A program made the translations under genes and the position numbers. Below are positions 17,682-25,500 of a DNA stretch of 64,000 nucleotides, piece after piece; position 1 is the first letter of the stretch, and the number at the start of each line of letters is the position of its first letter. The notes under the pieces were generated by a model, which saw only the letters and a list, made by a program, of their open reading frames with translations, did no database searches and was not told the DNA's origin. Where the stretch lies: the NCBI GenBank assembly GCA_027355945.1, contig DAIEHA010000004.1, positions 4,449-68,448 on the forward strand. The letters run 5' to 3'. The stretch comes from Candidatus Parcubacteria bacterium (GTDB lineage: Bacteria; Patescibacteriota; Minisyncoccia; UBA6257; 2-01-FULL-56-20).

Positions 17682-19496
17682 ATGGTCAAACAACCCGATC
17701 CATCCCCGAAGCACGATGCGCGCAAGGCATCCGCAACATCCCGTGTCCGCACGGGGGATATCTTCCGCGTCTATGCGCGGGAGACCAGGAAGCATTGGGT
17801 CCTTTTCATGGCCGTCTTCCTGGGGGCGCTTGGTGCCCAGATCGCGGGCATCATCTCCCCGCTCTATATGAAGATGCTGTTCAACGCCGTTGCGTCCGAT
17901 CCCCGGACGGCGCAGTCGTTCCACGATCTCGTCGGGCTCGTCGTGATCATCGCGGCACTTTCTCTCATCGGATGGATCGCGCAGCGCGTGCAGACATACA
18001 GCATCATTCATCTCGAGTCTCGGGGCATGGCGGACCTTTCCGCGGATGCGTTCGATTACCTCATCGGACATTCATACCAGTTCTTTGTTTCGCATTTCGG
18101 CGGGACGCTCACGCGGCGCGTGAGCAAGTTCGCGGGCGCATTCGAGACGATCATGGATAACGTGATGCTTGCGTTCTTCCCGACCGCCGTGTTCGCGGTC
18201 GGCGCGGTCTGGGTGCTCTTCCTCCGCAATCATGTCCTCGGGATCGCGCTTGCCGCATGGATCGTCTGCTTCATCGCATTCCAGATCTACGTGGCGCGCC
18301 TCCGCCGTCCGCTCCGCGTGGCGCGCTCGGAGGCGGATAGCAAGATGGTCGGGACGCTTTCCGATGCGATCTCGAATCAGAACACGATCGCGCTCTTCTC
18401 GGGAAAGGAGCATGAAGGGGGCATCTTCCGCGGCGTCATCGAACTCTGGCGCAAGGCGACGATGCGTTCGTGGAACGCCGATGAGATGATATGGTCCGTC
18501 CAGGGGATCCTCATCGTCGGCATCAATGTGGGCCTTCTCTACGGGGCGGTGGTGTACTGGGAGCAGGGGCTCATCACGATCGGCGATTTCGTGCTCATTC
18601 AGAGCTATCTCATAGGGCTCTTCGGCCAGCTTACGGGCATCAGCATGCAGCTGCGCCGGTTCCACGATGCATTCGCCGATGCGGTCGAGATGATGGAGAT
18701 CATCCAGCTTCCGCATGAGGTGAAGGACGTCCCGGATGCGCCGCCGCTCCGCATCGGTACGGGCACGATCGTGTTCCATGACGTCGATTTCTGGTTCAAC
18801 GAGGAAAAGCCCATCCTTACGGGCTTCAATCTTTCCATCGGCGGCGGTGAGAAGCTTGCGCTTGTGGGGCCGTCCGGAGCGGGAAAGACGACGATCACCA
18901 AACTGCTCCTGCGCCTCTATGATATAAAAGGAGGCGTGCTCGCGATCGATGGTCAAGATATCGCGAAGGTCACGCAGGACAGCGTGCGTGATGCGATCGC
19001 GTTCGTACCCCAGGAACCGATCCTCTTCCATCGCTCGCTCATGGAGAACATCCGCTACGGCCGCCGCAACGCCACGGATGAGGAGGTGATCGAAGCGGCG
19101 AAGAAGGCGCATTGCCACGAGTTCATCGAGGAGCTCCCGGAAAAATACGGGACGTTCGTAGGGGAGCGGGGTGTGAAGCTTTCCGGCGGCGAACGCCAGC
19201 GCGTCGCGATCGCGCGCGCCATCCTGAAGGACGCGCCGATCCTCGTGCTCGATGAGGCGACGTCATCGCTCGATTCAGAATCGGAGGCGCTCATCCAGGA
19301 CGCCCTCCATACGCTCATGGAGGGGAAGACGGTGATCGTGATCGCGCATCGACTCTCCACGATCATGAAAATGGACCGCATCGTTGTCGTCGAGCACGGA
19401 GGCATCGCCGCGCAGGGCACGCACGAGGAGCTTCTTGCGGCGAATGGGCTGTATCACAAGCTCTGGAGCATCCAGGCGGGAGGATTCCGCGAATAG
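17682..19496 (+). CDS. ABC transporter, fused permease/ATP-binding protein (MsbA/multidrug exporter type)
   Basis: 6-TM N-terminal domain; Walker A GPSGAGKTT, signature LSGGERQRVAIARA, Walker B ILVLDEATS. Confidence 0.9.
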   Translation: MVKQPDPSPKHDARKASATSRVRTGDIFRVYARETRKHWVLFMAVFLGALGAQIAGIISPLYMKMLFNAVASDPRTAQSFHDLVGLVVIIAALSLIGWIAQRVQTYSIIHLESRGMADLSADAFDYLIGHSYQFFVSHFGGTLTRRVSKFAGAFETIMDNVMLAFFPTAVFAVGAVWVLFLRNHVLGIALAAWIVCFIAFQIYVARLRRPLRVARSEADSKMVGTLSDAISNQNTIALFSGKEHEGGIFRGVIELWRKATMRSWNADEMIWSVQGILIVGINVGLLYGAVVYWEQGLITIGDFVLIQSYLIGLFGQLTGISMQLRRFHDAFADAVEMMEIIQLPHEVKDVPDAPPLRIGTGTIVFHDVDFWFNEEKPILTGFNLSIGGGEKLALVGPSGAGKTTITKLLLRLYDIKGGVLAIDGQDIAKVTQDSVRDAIAFVPQEPILFHRSLMENIRYGRRNATDEEVIEAAKKAHCHEFIEELPEKYGTFVGERGVKLSGGERQRVAIARAILKDAPILVLDEATSSLDSESEALIQDALHTLMEGKTVIVIAHRLSTIMKMDRIVVVEHGGIAAQGTHEELLAANGLYHKLWSIQAGGFRE

Positions 19497-19552
19497 GGCC
19501 CTGTTCCTCCAAGGATGGCGGACGGAGCGCTTTCTGTGGTAGTGTGAATTAT

Positions 19553-20812
19553 ATGGAAACCAGCGATTTTTACGGTCTCGGCATTGCACCCGATATCCTC
19601 ACTATTCTCGATAAAACGGGGTTCAAAGTGCCGACGCCGATCCAGGCGAAAGCCATCCCTGCGGGCCTTGAGGGCAAGGACGTGATGGGGCTCGCGCAGA
19701 CGGGCACCGGGAAGACCCTCGCATTCGGGATCCCGATGGTACAGGCGTGCCTTTCGGGCGCCCAGGGTCTCGTGATCCTCCCCACGCGCGAGCTTGCGCT
19801 CCAGGTGGAGGAGACCTTCATCAAAGTGGGCGGTCCGCTCGGCATCCGCACCGCGCTTCTCATCGGTGGCGCGCCGATGGGCCGACAGCTCGAACAGCTC
19901 CGGAAGGGCCCCGCGGTCGTCATAGGGACCCCCGGCCGCATCATCGACCACCTCGAACAGAAGACGATATCCCTTCGGAGCGTGAAGATCCTCGTCCTCG
20001 ATGAGGCGGATCGCATGCTCGACATGGGCTTCGCGCCTCAATTGAAGCGCATCCTGAACGAAGTGCCGCCCGCGGATAAGAGGCAGACGATGCTTTTTTC
20101 CGCAACGATGCCCGAGGACATCGTTGGTCTCGCGCGTTCCTATATGAAGCTTCCGCTCAGGATCGAGATCGCGCCTCCGGGTACGACGAACGAACGGGTG
20201 ACGCAGGAGCTTTTCTTCATCACGAGGAACGATAAGCCCCGGCTCCTTGAGCGTGTGCTCGGTGAATACCGAGGCTCCGTGCTCGTCTTCACGCGCACCA
20301 AGTTCGGCGCCAAGCGTGTGGCATCGCTTGCCCGGCATATCGGCCACACCGCCGCGGAGCTCCATTCCAACCGTTCATTGAACCAACGGCGCGAGGCGCT
20401 CGAAGGATTCCGGAACGGCAGATACCGCGTGCTTGTGGCGACCGACATCGCGGCGCGGGGGATCGACGTGAAGGGCATCGAACTCGTCGTCAATTACGAC
20501 CTCCCCTCGAACCCCGAGGATTATGTGCACCGTATCGGAAGGACCGCGCGCGCCGGCGCTGCAGGACATGCCATCTCCTTCGCCATGCCGGAGGAGCGTC
20601 GCGACGTGCACGATATCGAACGGGTGATGCGAGTGACCCTTCCCCAATCAAAACTTCCCCAGCTTCCCCCTGTGCGGCCCGAAGAGCGCACACTGCCTTC
20701 CCGTGGCCCTTCCCGTCCTTCGCGTGGACGGGGGACGAGCGAACGAAGCGGAGGCGGACGGCGTCCGCCGCGTGGAGGCGGATATCATTCCCGCTCCCGG
20801 TCGCATCATTAA
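19553..20812 (+). CDS. DEAD-box ATP-dependent RNA helicase with an RG-rich C-terminal tail
   Basis: Q-motif, AQTGTGKT, DEAD, SAT, HRIGRTARAG; C-terminus SRGRGTSERSGGGRRPPRGGGYHSRSRS. ORF track starts at GTG 19544; ATG 19553 is more likely. Confidence 0.9.
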   Translation: METSDFYGLGIAPDILTILDKTGFKVPTPIQAKAIPAGLEGKDVMGLAQTGTGKTLAFGIPMVQACLSGAQGLVILPTRELALQVEETFIKVGGPLGIRTALLIGGAPMGRQLEQLRKGPAVVIGTPGRIIDHLEQKTISLRSVKILVLDEADRMLDMGFAPQLKRILNEVPPADKRQTMLFSATMPEDIVGLARSYMKLPLRIEIAPPGTTNERVTQELFFITRNDKPRLLERVLGEYRGSVLVFTRTKFGAKRVASLARHIGHTAAELHSNRSLNQRREALEGFRNGRYRVLVATDIAARGIDVKGIELVVNYDLPSNPEDYVHRIGRTARAGAAGHAISFAMPEERRDVHDIERVMRVTLPQSKLPQLPPVRPEERTLPSRGPSRPSRGRGTSERSGGGRRPPRGGGYHSRSRSHH

Positions 20813-20839
20813 AAGGACGCACTATCAATTCTTCCTCCC

Positions 20840-21322
20840 ATGACCGCCATACATGAAGGGTCTCCTGCGCCGGAGTTCTCCCTTCCCGACCAGGATGGCG
20901 CAATGCATTCCCTCTCGGAATCGCGCGGCACCTGGGTGCTCCTCTATTTCTATCCCAAGGACGATACGCCGGGATGCACCAAAGAGGCGTGCATGATCCG
21001 CGATGCGTTCCCCGATTTCAGTGCCGTCAAGGCACGGGTGTTCGGCGTGAGCGTGGATTCCGTGAAGAGCCATAAGAAGTTCGCGGAGAAATACGGATTG
21101 CCGTTCACGCTTCTCGCGGATACCGGGAAGGAGACGGTGCACGCGTACGGCGTATGGGGGAAAAAGAAGATGATGGGACGCGAGTACGAAGGGACGCTCC
21201 GCACGTCGTTCCTCATCGATCCCGAAGGGACCGTGGCGAAAATCTATCGGGATGTGAAGCCCGAGATCCATGCGGCGGAAGTGCTCAAGGACCTCCGCAT
21301 ATTCCTCGGTGGGGCATTGTGA
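20840..21322 (+). CDS. bcp: Peroxiredoxin of the Bcp / thiol peroxidase family
   Basis: Peroxidatic Cys in DDTPGCTKEAC; 160 aa. Confidence 0.85.
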   Translation: MTAIHEGSPAPEFSLPDQDGAMHSLSESRGTWVLLYFYPKDDTPGCTKEACMIRDAFPDFSAVKARVFGVSVDSVKSHKKFAEKYGLPFTLLADTGKETVHAYGVWGKKKMMGREYEGTLRTSFLIDPEGTVAKIYRDVKPEIHAAEVLKDLRIFLGGAL

Positions 21323-21336
21323 TATAGTTCATATAT

Positions 21337-22551
21337 ATGGAATCCAGAAAGAGAGTCCTCGTGGTAGGGGCGAATTTCGCAGGATCCACCGCGGCGCTCG
21401 AGATCAAGCGCATGCTGAAGGACCGCGTCGACGTGACGGTCATCGATCGGAGCGAGAACTCCCTTTATTTCCCTTCGCTCATCTGGGTGCCCATCGGAAG
21501 GCGCGAGGCGAACCAGGTCCTCGTACCGCGGCGTCCCGTGTTCGCGCGGCACGGCATCACATTCGTGGTTGATGAGGCGACGGCGGTCGACCCCGATGCG
21601 CGGGAGGTATCGACGGAGCATCATGGCACGTTTTCCTATGATGAGCTTGTGATCGCCACGGGGCCGCGGGTGGATCGCGATGTGGCGCCTGGCGTCCGCG
21701 CGCACGCATACTACGTGGGGTCCGTCGATGGCGCGCTCGATATCCGTGCAAGACTCGAGGAGTTCAAGAAGGATCCCGGTCCCATCGTGATCGGCGCAAC
21801 CCAGCGCGCGGGATGCATGGGCGCGGCCTATGAGTTCCTTTTCAATGTCGAGAAATGGCTGCGCGACGAGCACATCCGCAAGAAGGTCGATCTGTATTGG
21901 ATCACCCCCGAGGTCTATCTCGGGCATTTCGGCATCGATGGCATGCCCCTCGCCGAACCGTATCTCAAGGCGTTCATGAACACCTTCCATATCCATTACC
22001 GCACGCAGGTCGGGGTGAAGGAAGTGACCGCCGATTCCGTCATCCTCGATACGGGGGAGTCCATTCCGAGCAGGTTCACCATGCTTATGGTGCCGTTCAC
22101 GGGGGTTCCTTTCATCAAGAATTCCCCCAAGCTCGGCGCGAAGGAGAATCTCTTCCTCGATGTGCGTCCCGATTACCGGCTGAAGGCCTACTCGAATGTG
22201 TGGGGCGCGGGACTCGCAGTGGACGTCCCGCCGCCGTTCGCACCGGGCAGAGTGCCGTTCGGCGTGCCGAAGACCGGGTATCCGAGCGATGCGACGGGGA
22301 AGGTCGTCGCGAAGAACATCGTACGCACGCTCACGGGAAGGACCGATCTCATCGAGAGGCCGTGGGGGAGCATTCCCGCAGTATGCATCCTTGATGCCGG
22401 AAAGAAGGAGGTGATCATATTCGGGAACAGGCTTTTCAAACCCCGCTGGTTCGCGGTGATGATCCCCAACGTGTTCAATGATTTCGGCAAACTGCTCCTT
22501 GAGAAGTATTTCCTCTGGAAGATGCGGCATGGATATTCCTCTCTGCCGTAA
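21337..22551 (+). CDS. FAD-dependent pyridine nucleotide-disulfide oxidoreductase (sulfide:quinone oxidoreductase / NDH-2-like)
   Basis: N-terminal Rossmann fold VLVVGANFAGSTAA; ~400 aa; second dinucleotide-binding region; I cannot assign a subfamily. Confidence 0.75.
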   Translation: MESRKRVLVVGANFAGSTAALEIKRMLKDRVDVTVIDRSENSLYFPSLIWVPIGRREANQVLVPRRPVFARHGITFVVDEATAVDPDAREVSTEHHGTFSYDELVIATGPRVDRDVAPGVRAHAYYVGSVDGALDIRARLEEFKKDPGPIVIGATQRAGCMGAAYEFLFNVEKWLRDEHIRKKVDLYWITPEVYLGHFGIDGMPLAEPYLKAFMNTFHIHYRTQVGVKEVTADSVILDTGESIPSRFTMLMVPFTGVPFIKNSPKLGAKENLFLDVRPDYRLKAYSNVWGAGLAVDVPPPFAPGRVPFGVPKTGYPSDATGKVVAKNIVRTLTGRTDLIERPWGSIPAVCILDAGKKEVIIFGNRLFKPRWFAVMIPNVFNDFGKLLLEKYFLWKMRHGYSSLP

Positions 22552-22641
22552 ACGCGGCGCGCGGGTCCGGGCCGCCGATGAGGTTTACTTTATCCCCGGA
22601 TTCTGCTACAATTCGCATTATATAAGTAACCATCAACTACC

Positions 22642-22764
22642 ATGGCAAAGCGATCATCGGGATGGCTGAAGCGGAGCGTTCCTCACAGCAAAAAGACGAA
22701 GAAGCGTCTTGAGGCAAAACGGGTGATGCTTGCAGCGAAGGCGGGCACGCGAAAGAAGAAATAG
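22642..22764 (+). CDS. Small (40 aa) highly basic protein, hypothetical; below the ORF-track cutoff
   Basis: ATG 22642…TAG 22764: MAKRSSGWLKRSVPHSKKTKKRLEAKRVMLAAKAGTRKKK. TACAAT/TATAAG upstream; strong terminator immediately downstream. Confidence 0.4.
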   Translation: MAKRSSGWLKRSVPHSKKTKKRLEAKRVMLAAKAGTRKKK

Positions 22765-22776
22765 AAGGAAATAAGG

Positions 22777-22804
22777 AAAACCCGGCATTTGCCGGGTTTT
22801 TTTG
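22777..22804 (+). terminator. Rho-independent terminator
   Basis: aaaacccggcatttgccgggttttttt: 6-bp GC stem, 4-nt loop, T7. Confidence 0.6.
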
Positions 22805-22880
22805 ACGTTCGCGTAAAAAATGATATCATATCCTCGGTATTTCGGCGCCTTGCGGGGTCGGAACGGAAAAGGAGGTTATT

Positions 22881-23393
22881 GTGAAAACAAGGCCGGCACC
22901 GAGGATGATCTATCTTTGCGAAGAAGATCTCGAATTCATCCGTGGGGCGATCAATCTCAACCAGCTTGCAAAAAAAGCCGTGGAAGTGATGAGGCGAATG
23001 CCCGGACCGGTACGATGGGTCGCAGGTCCGCTCACATCCGGAACGATGTTTCCCGCGGAAAACCGCGAACGCCTCCATCGTACGATACTTCACTATAAAG
23101 TGAGAGGCGTTCCCACGTTCAACTATCTTCCATTCGAGCGGAGGGCGAGGGCCATCCTCCAGTGGGAGATCGGCAGGAGATCGGGCCTCTCGCAGAAGCA
23201 GCAGCTCAAACTGCAGAAGCGTCTGCGCGATGAGCTCTATGCACCCATCTTCGCGTCGGGACTTATCGGCGAACTGCGGATCATGCCCGGTTCGGATGAA
23301 TCCCTCAACGTGCAGTGGATGCGGGGCTATGCGAATGCGATGCATATTCCCATGAAGGATATCTCCGAGGATCTCGTAGCCACCCTGCAATGA
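22881..23393 (+). CDS. Hypothetical protein
   Basis: GTG start 5 nt after GGAGG; 170 aa; a terminator follows; the antisense 235-aa ORF is rejected. Confidence 0.6.
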   Translation: MKTRPAPRMIYLCEEDLEFIRGAINLNQLAKKAVEVMRRMPGPVRWVAGPLTSGTMFPAENRERLHRTILHYKVRGVPTFNYLPFERRARAILQWEIGRRSGLSQKQQLKLQKRLRDELYAPIFASGLIGELRIMPGSDESLNVQWMRGYANAMHIPMKDISEDLVATLQ

Positions 23394-23412
23394 CCGTAGC
23401 GATCGAGAGTGT

Positions 23413-23444
23413 GAGCCGCATCTTCTATGCGGCTCTTTTTATTT
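23413..23444 (+). terminator. Rho-independent terminator
   Basis: gagccgcat-cttct-atgcggctc then TTTTTATTT. Confidence 0.55.
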
Positions 23445-23481
23445 CTGATCCCCGCCGCCGGCGAGGGATGCCCTCGATTCG

Positions 23482-23517
23482 AAAAAAAAGCGGCACTCTC
23501 CCTTCGGGATGGTGCCG
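23482..23517 (-). terminator. Probable terminator for the minus-strand membrane-protein gene
   Basis: A8 on the plus strand (T8 on minus) adjacent to an extended hairpin gcggcac…tccc-ttcg-ggga…gtgccgc. Confidence 0.45.
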
Positions 23518-23543
23518 CGCGCAGCAATATCTGCAGCGCTTTT

Positions 23544-23963
23544 TTATCGAGCGGCGGTTGGCGATTCCATACCTCTTATGAAAAATGCCGCCGGTATCGA
23601 TATGATCAAGATCCCGCCGGGGACCAACATGACCCAGAGGCCGGCAATGCCGCTATTGCCGAGTATGATCATCGCCATTCCCGCAATGGTGCAGATCGTC
23701 GCCACGATGCCCGTGATGGCGATCATCCAGAACGGGAGCGTCCTGGGAAACGCCCGTTTCGTCTTGAAGCGGGTGCCCAGTATGTTCGCGAAGGCACAGA
23801 ACGTAAAGTACACGGCCAACGTGAATCCAATCGAGGAGATATCCAGGATCGGATATCTCCAGTCGGAATCGATGATCATGCCCAGGATGCATCCTACGAG
23901 GCAGATCAGCATCCATGTGATGACAAGGGTGCGAAGTACGCGATTCTTATGCAATTCCTGCAC
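23544..23963 (-). CDS. Integral membrane protein (4 TM), hypothetical
   Basis: 139 aa with four hydrophobic helices; the overlapping plus-frame ORFs are R/H-rich junk. Confidence 0.6.
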   Translation of the reverse strand: MQELHKNRVLRTLVITWMLICLVGCILGMIIDSDWRYPILDISSIGFTLAVYFTFCAFANILGTRFKTKRAFPRTLPFWMIAITGIVATICTIAGMAMIILGNSGIAGLWVMLVPGGILIISIPAAFFIRGMESPTAAR

Positions 23964-24094
23964 GAGACCCCCTCCTTTTTGCGTATGCTCGCCAGCGGAT
24001 CAAAGAACCAATCGCATTCTTTGCATGAATAATATAAATAAATATTATAATGATGTCAAACCTCGATGACCTGTTGCAACTACGCTTATTGCTG

Positions 24095-24165
24095 CTGGGG
24101 GACTAGGAATCGAACCTAGATTCACGGCTCCAAAGGCCGCTGTCCTACCGTTAGACGATCCCCCA
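24095..24165 (-). tRNA. tRNA-Gln (anticodon TTG)
   Basis: Reverse complement TGGGGGATCGTCTAACGGTAGGACAGCGGCCTTTGGAGCCGTGAATCTAGGTTCGATTCCTAGTCCCCCAG: U1-A72 pair and G73 discriminator (typical of bacterial tRNA-Gln), anticodon loop CU-UUG-GA, T-arm CTAGG-TTCGATT-CCTAG. Confidence 0.8.
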
Positions 24166-24220
24166 ATGACCTACGGGAAACACTCCGTATAATGTATTAT
24201 ATAAGAGGAAGGGCAGCAAG

Positions 24221-24826
24221 GTGTTTTATAAACTCGGGTCGAATGTGATGGAAAAGATAACGAACGAAAAATCCATTTTTGCGCCTGAAGGGGCCGCGCC
24301 GGCGGAGCCTGCGATGCCTGCGGCGCCTGCAGGGATCGTAGAGGGTGGAGTGTTCAAACCGGAAAGGACCGGTGCTGCCTCTTCGCCCGAGGACGCATCC
24401 GCGGAGCATGCAGCCCCGGAAAGGGAAGAGAGCGATGGGGTGTTCCGTCCTGAGCACACCAGGAACGAGGATCGCGTAGCGCAGCAGGTGGATGCGCTGC
24501 GGCAGGATATTCTGCACAGCAGCGATAATCCTCGCGCGATGCCTTCGGGATCGGGACCCATTTCTTCCCCTGAGCATGGAGCGATTGTCGGCGGCGGAGG
24601 CAGGGTGGGGAAGTTCTTCATCGCCGGCCTCGGATTCCTCGGATCGTTGGTATTCGGCGGATTGGCGGCAGGATTCTACGGGATGAAGCATTTCGTCGAT
24701 CGCATGGCATGGATAAAAGGGAGAGGCGGAGGGGGAGGCTCTCATGGAGGAGGGTCGCATGCAAAGGTCTCGCATAAACCTTCGTCCGGAGGCAAGAAAG
24801 GGGGAGGGGGCCATGGCCATCATTGA
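24221..24826 (+). CDS. Gly/His-rich single-pass membrane protein, hypothetical (possible metal-binding tail)
   Basis: GTG 24221 (alternative ATG 24248); A/P/E-rich N-terminus; [25 protein letters not shown]; C-terminus [33 protein letters not shown]. Confidence 0.55.
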   Translation: MFYKLGSNVMEKITNEKSIFAPEGAAPAEPAMPAAPAGIVEGGVFKPERTGAASSPEDASAEHAAPEREESDGVFRPEHTRNEDRVAQQVDALRQDILHSSDNPRAMPSGSGPISSPEHGAIVGGGGRVGKFFIAGLGFLGSLVFGGLAAGFYGMKHFVDRMAWIKGRGGGGGSHGGGSHAKVSHKPSSGGKKGGGGHGHH

Positions 24827-24861
24827 TCGGGAAAGGACGTCGCAAACAAAAAATAATCATT

Positions 24862-25473
24862 ATGAAATACGAATTACCGCAGTTGCCGTACGCGTACGAT
24901 GCACTTGAGCCCTTCATCGATGCGAGAACGATGGAGATCCATCATACGAAACATCATCAGGGGTACGTGAACAATCTGAATGCCGCGCTTGAGAAGCATC
25001 CTGAGATCGCGGACAGGCCTCTTGAGGACCTTTTGCGCGCCATCGCTACGGTGCCGGAGGATATCCGTACCGCGGTGAGGAATCACGGAGGAGGGCACAT
25101 GAACCATTCGTTCTTCTGGACGATCATGGGGCCGGCAGCGGGGGAAGAGGGGCATCCCGTCGGCAAAGTGGGGGAGATGATCGATGCGTCCTTCGGCGGA
25201 TTCGCTTCGTTCAAGGAATCGTTCGCCAAAGCGGCATCCTCCGTGTTCGGTTCGGGCTGGGCGTGGCTTGTGATCGGCAGCGAGGGAACGCCTGCGATCA
25301 TCACGACGCCCAATCAGGATAGTCCGCTCATGACGGGCGCGCGGCCGGTGCTCGGACTCGATGTGTGGGAGCATGCATACTACCTGAAGTATCAGAATAA
25401 GCGTCCCGATTACATCGATGCGTGGTGGCACGTGCTCGATTGGACGCATATCGAGGAGAAGTTCACATCCTGA
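24862..25473 (+). CDS. Superoxide dismutase (Fe/Mn family)
   Basis: ORF track 24823 trimmed to ATG 24862 ([17 protein letters not shown]); HHTKHH…; D-x-W-E-H-A-Y-Y. Confidence 0.9.
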   Translation: MKYELPQLPYAYDALEPFIDARTMEIHHTKHHQGYVNNLNAALEKHPEIADRPLEDLLRAIATVPEDIRTAVRNHGGGHMNHSFFWTIMGPAAGEEGHPVGKVGEMIDASFGGFASFKESFAKAASSVFGSGWAWLVIGSEGTPAIITTPNQDSPLMTGARPVLGLDVWEHAYYLKYQNKRPDYIDAWWHVLDWTHIEEKFTS

Positions 25474-25485
25474 CGCGGTCGTCTT

Positions 25486-25494
25486 TGGTATACT
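25486..25494 (+). promoter_or_regulatory. Extended -10 (TGgTATACT) 6 nt upstream of the giant-protein start; suggests a leaderless transcript
   Basis: tggtatact at 25486-25494; ATG at 25501. Confidence 0.3.
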
Positions 25495-25500
25495 GATTTC

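Noticed and set aside
22683-23390. 235-aa minus-strand ORF overlapping the 22881..23393 gene
   Set aside because: The plus-strand gene has an SD (GGAGG) and a downstream terminator; the antisense ORF would run through the small-ORF terminator and promoter region and is R/H/F-rich
23427-24069. Plus-strand ORFs 23427..24032 and 23509..24069 overlapping the minus-strand membrane-protein gene
   Set aside because: R/H/D-rich translations with no structure, whereas the minus-strand product is a clean 4-TM protein with its own terminator
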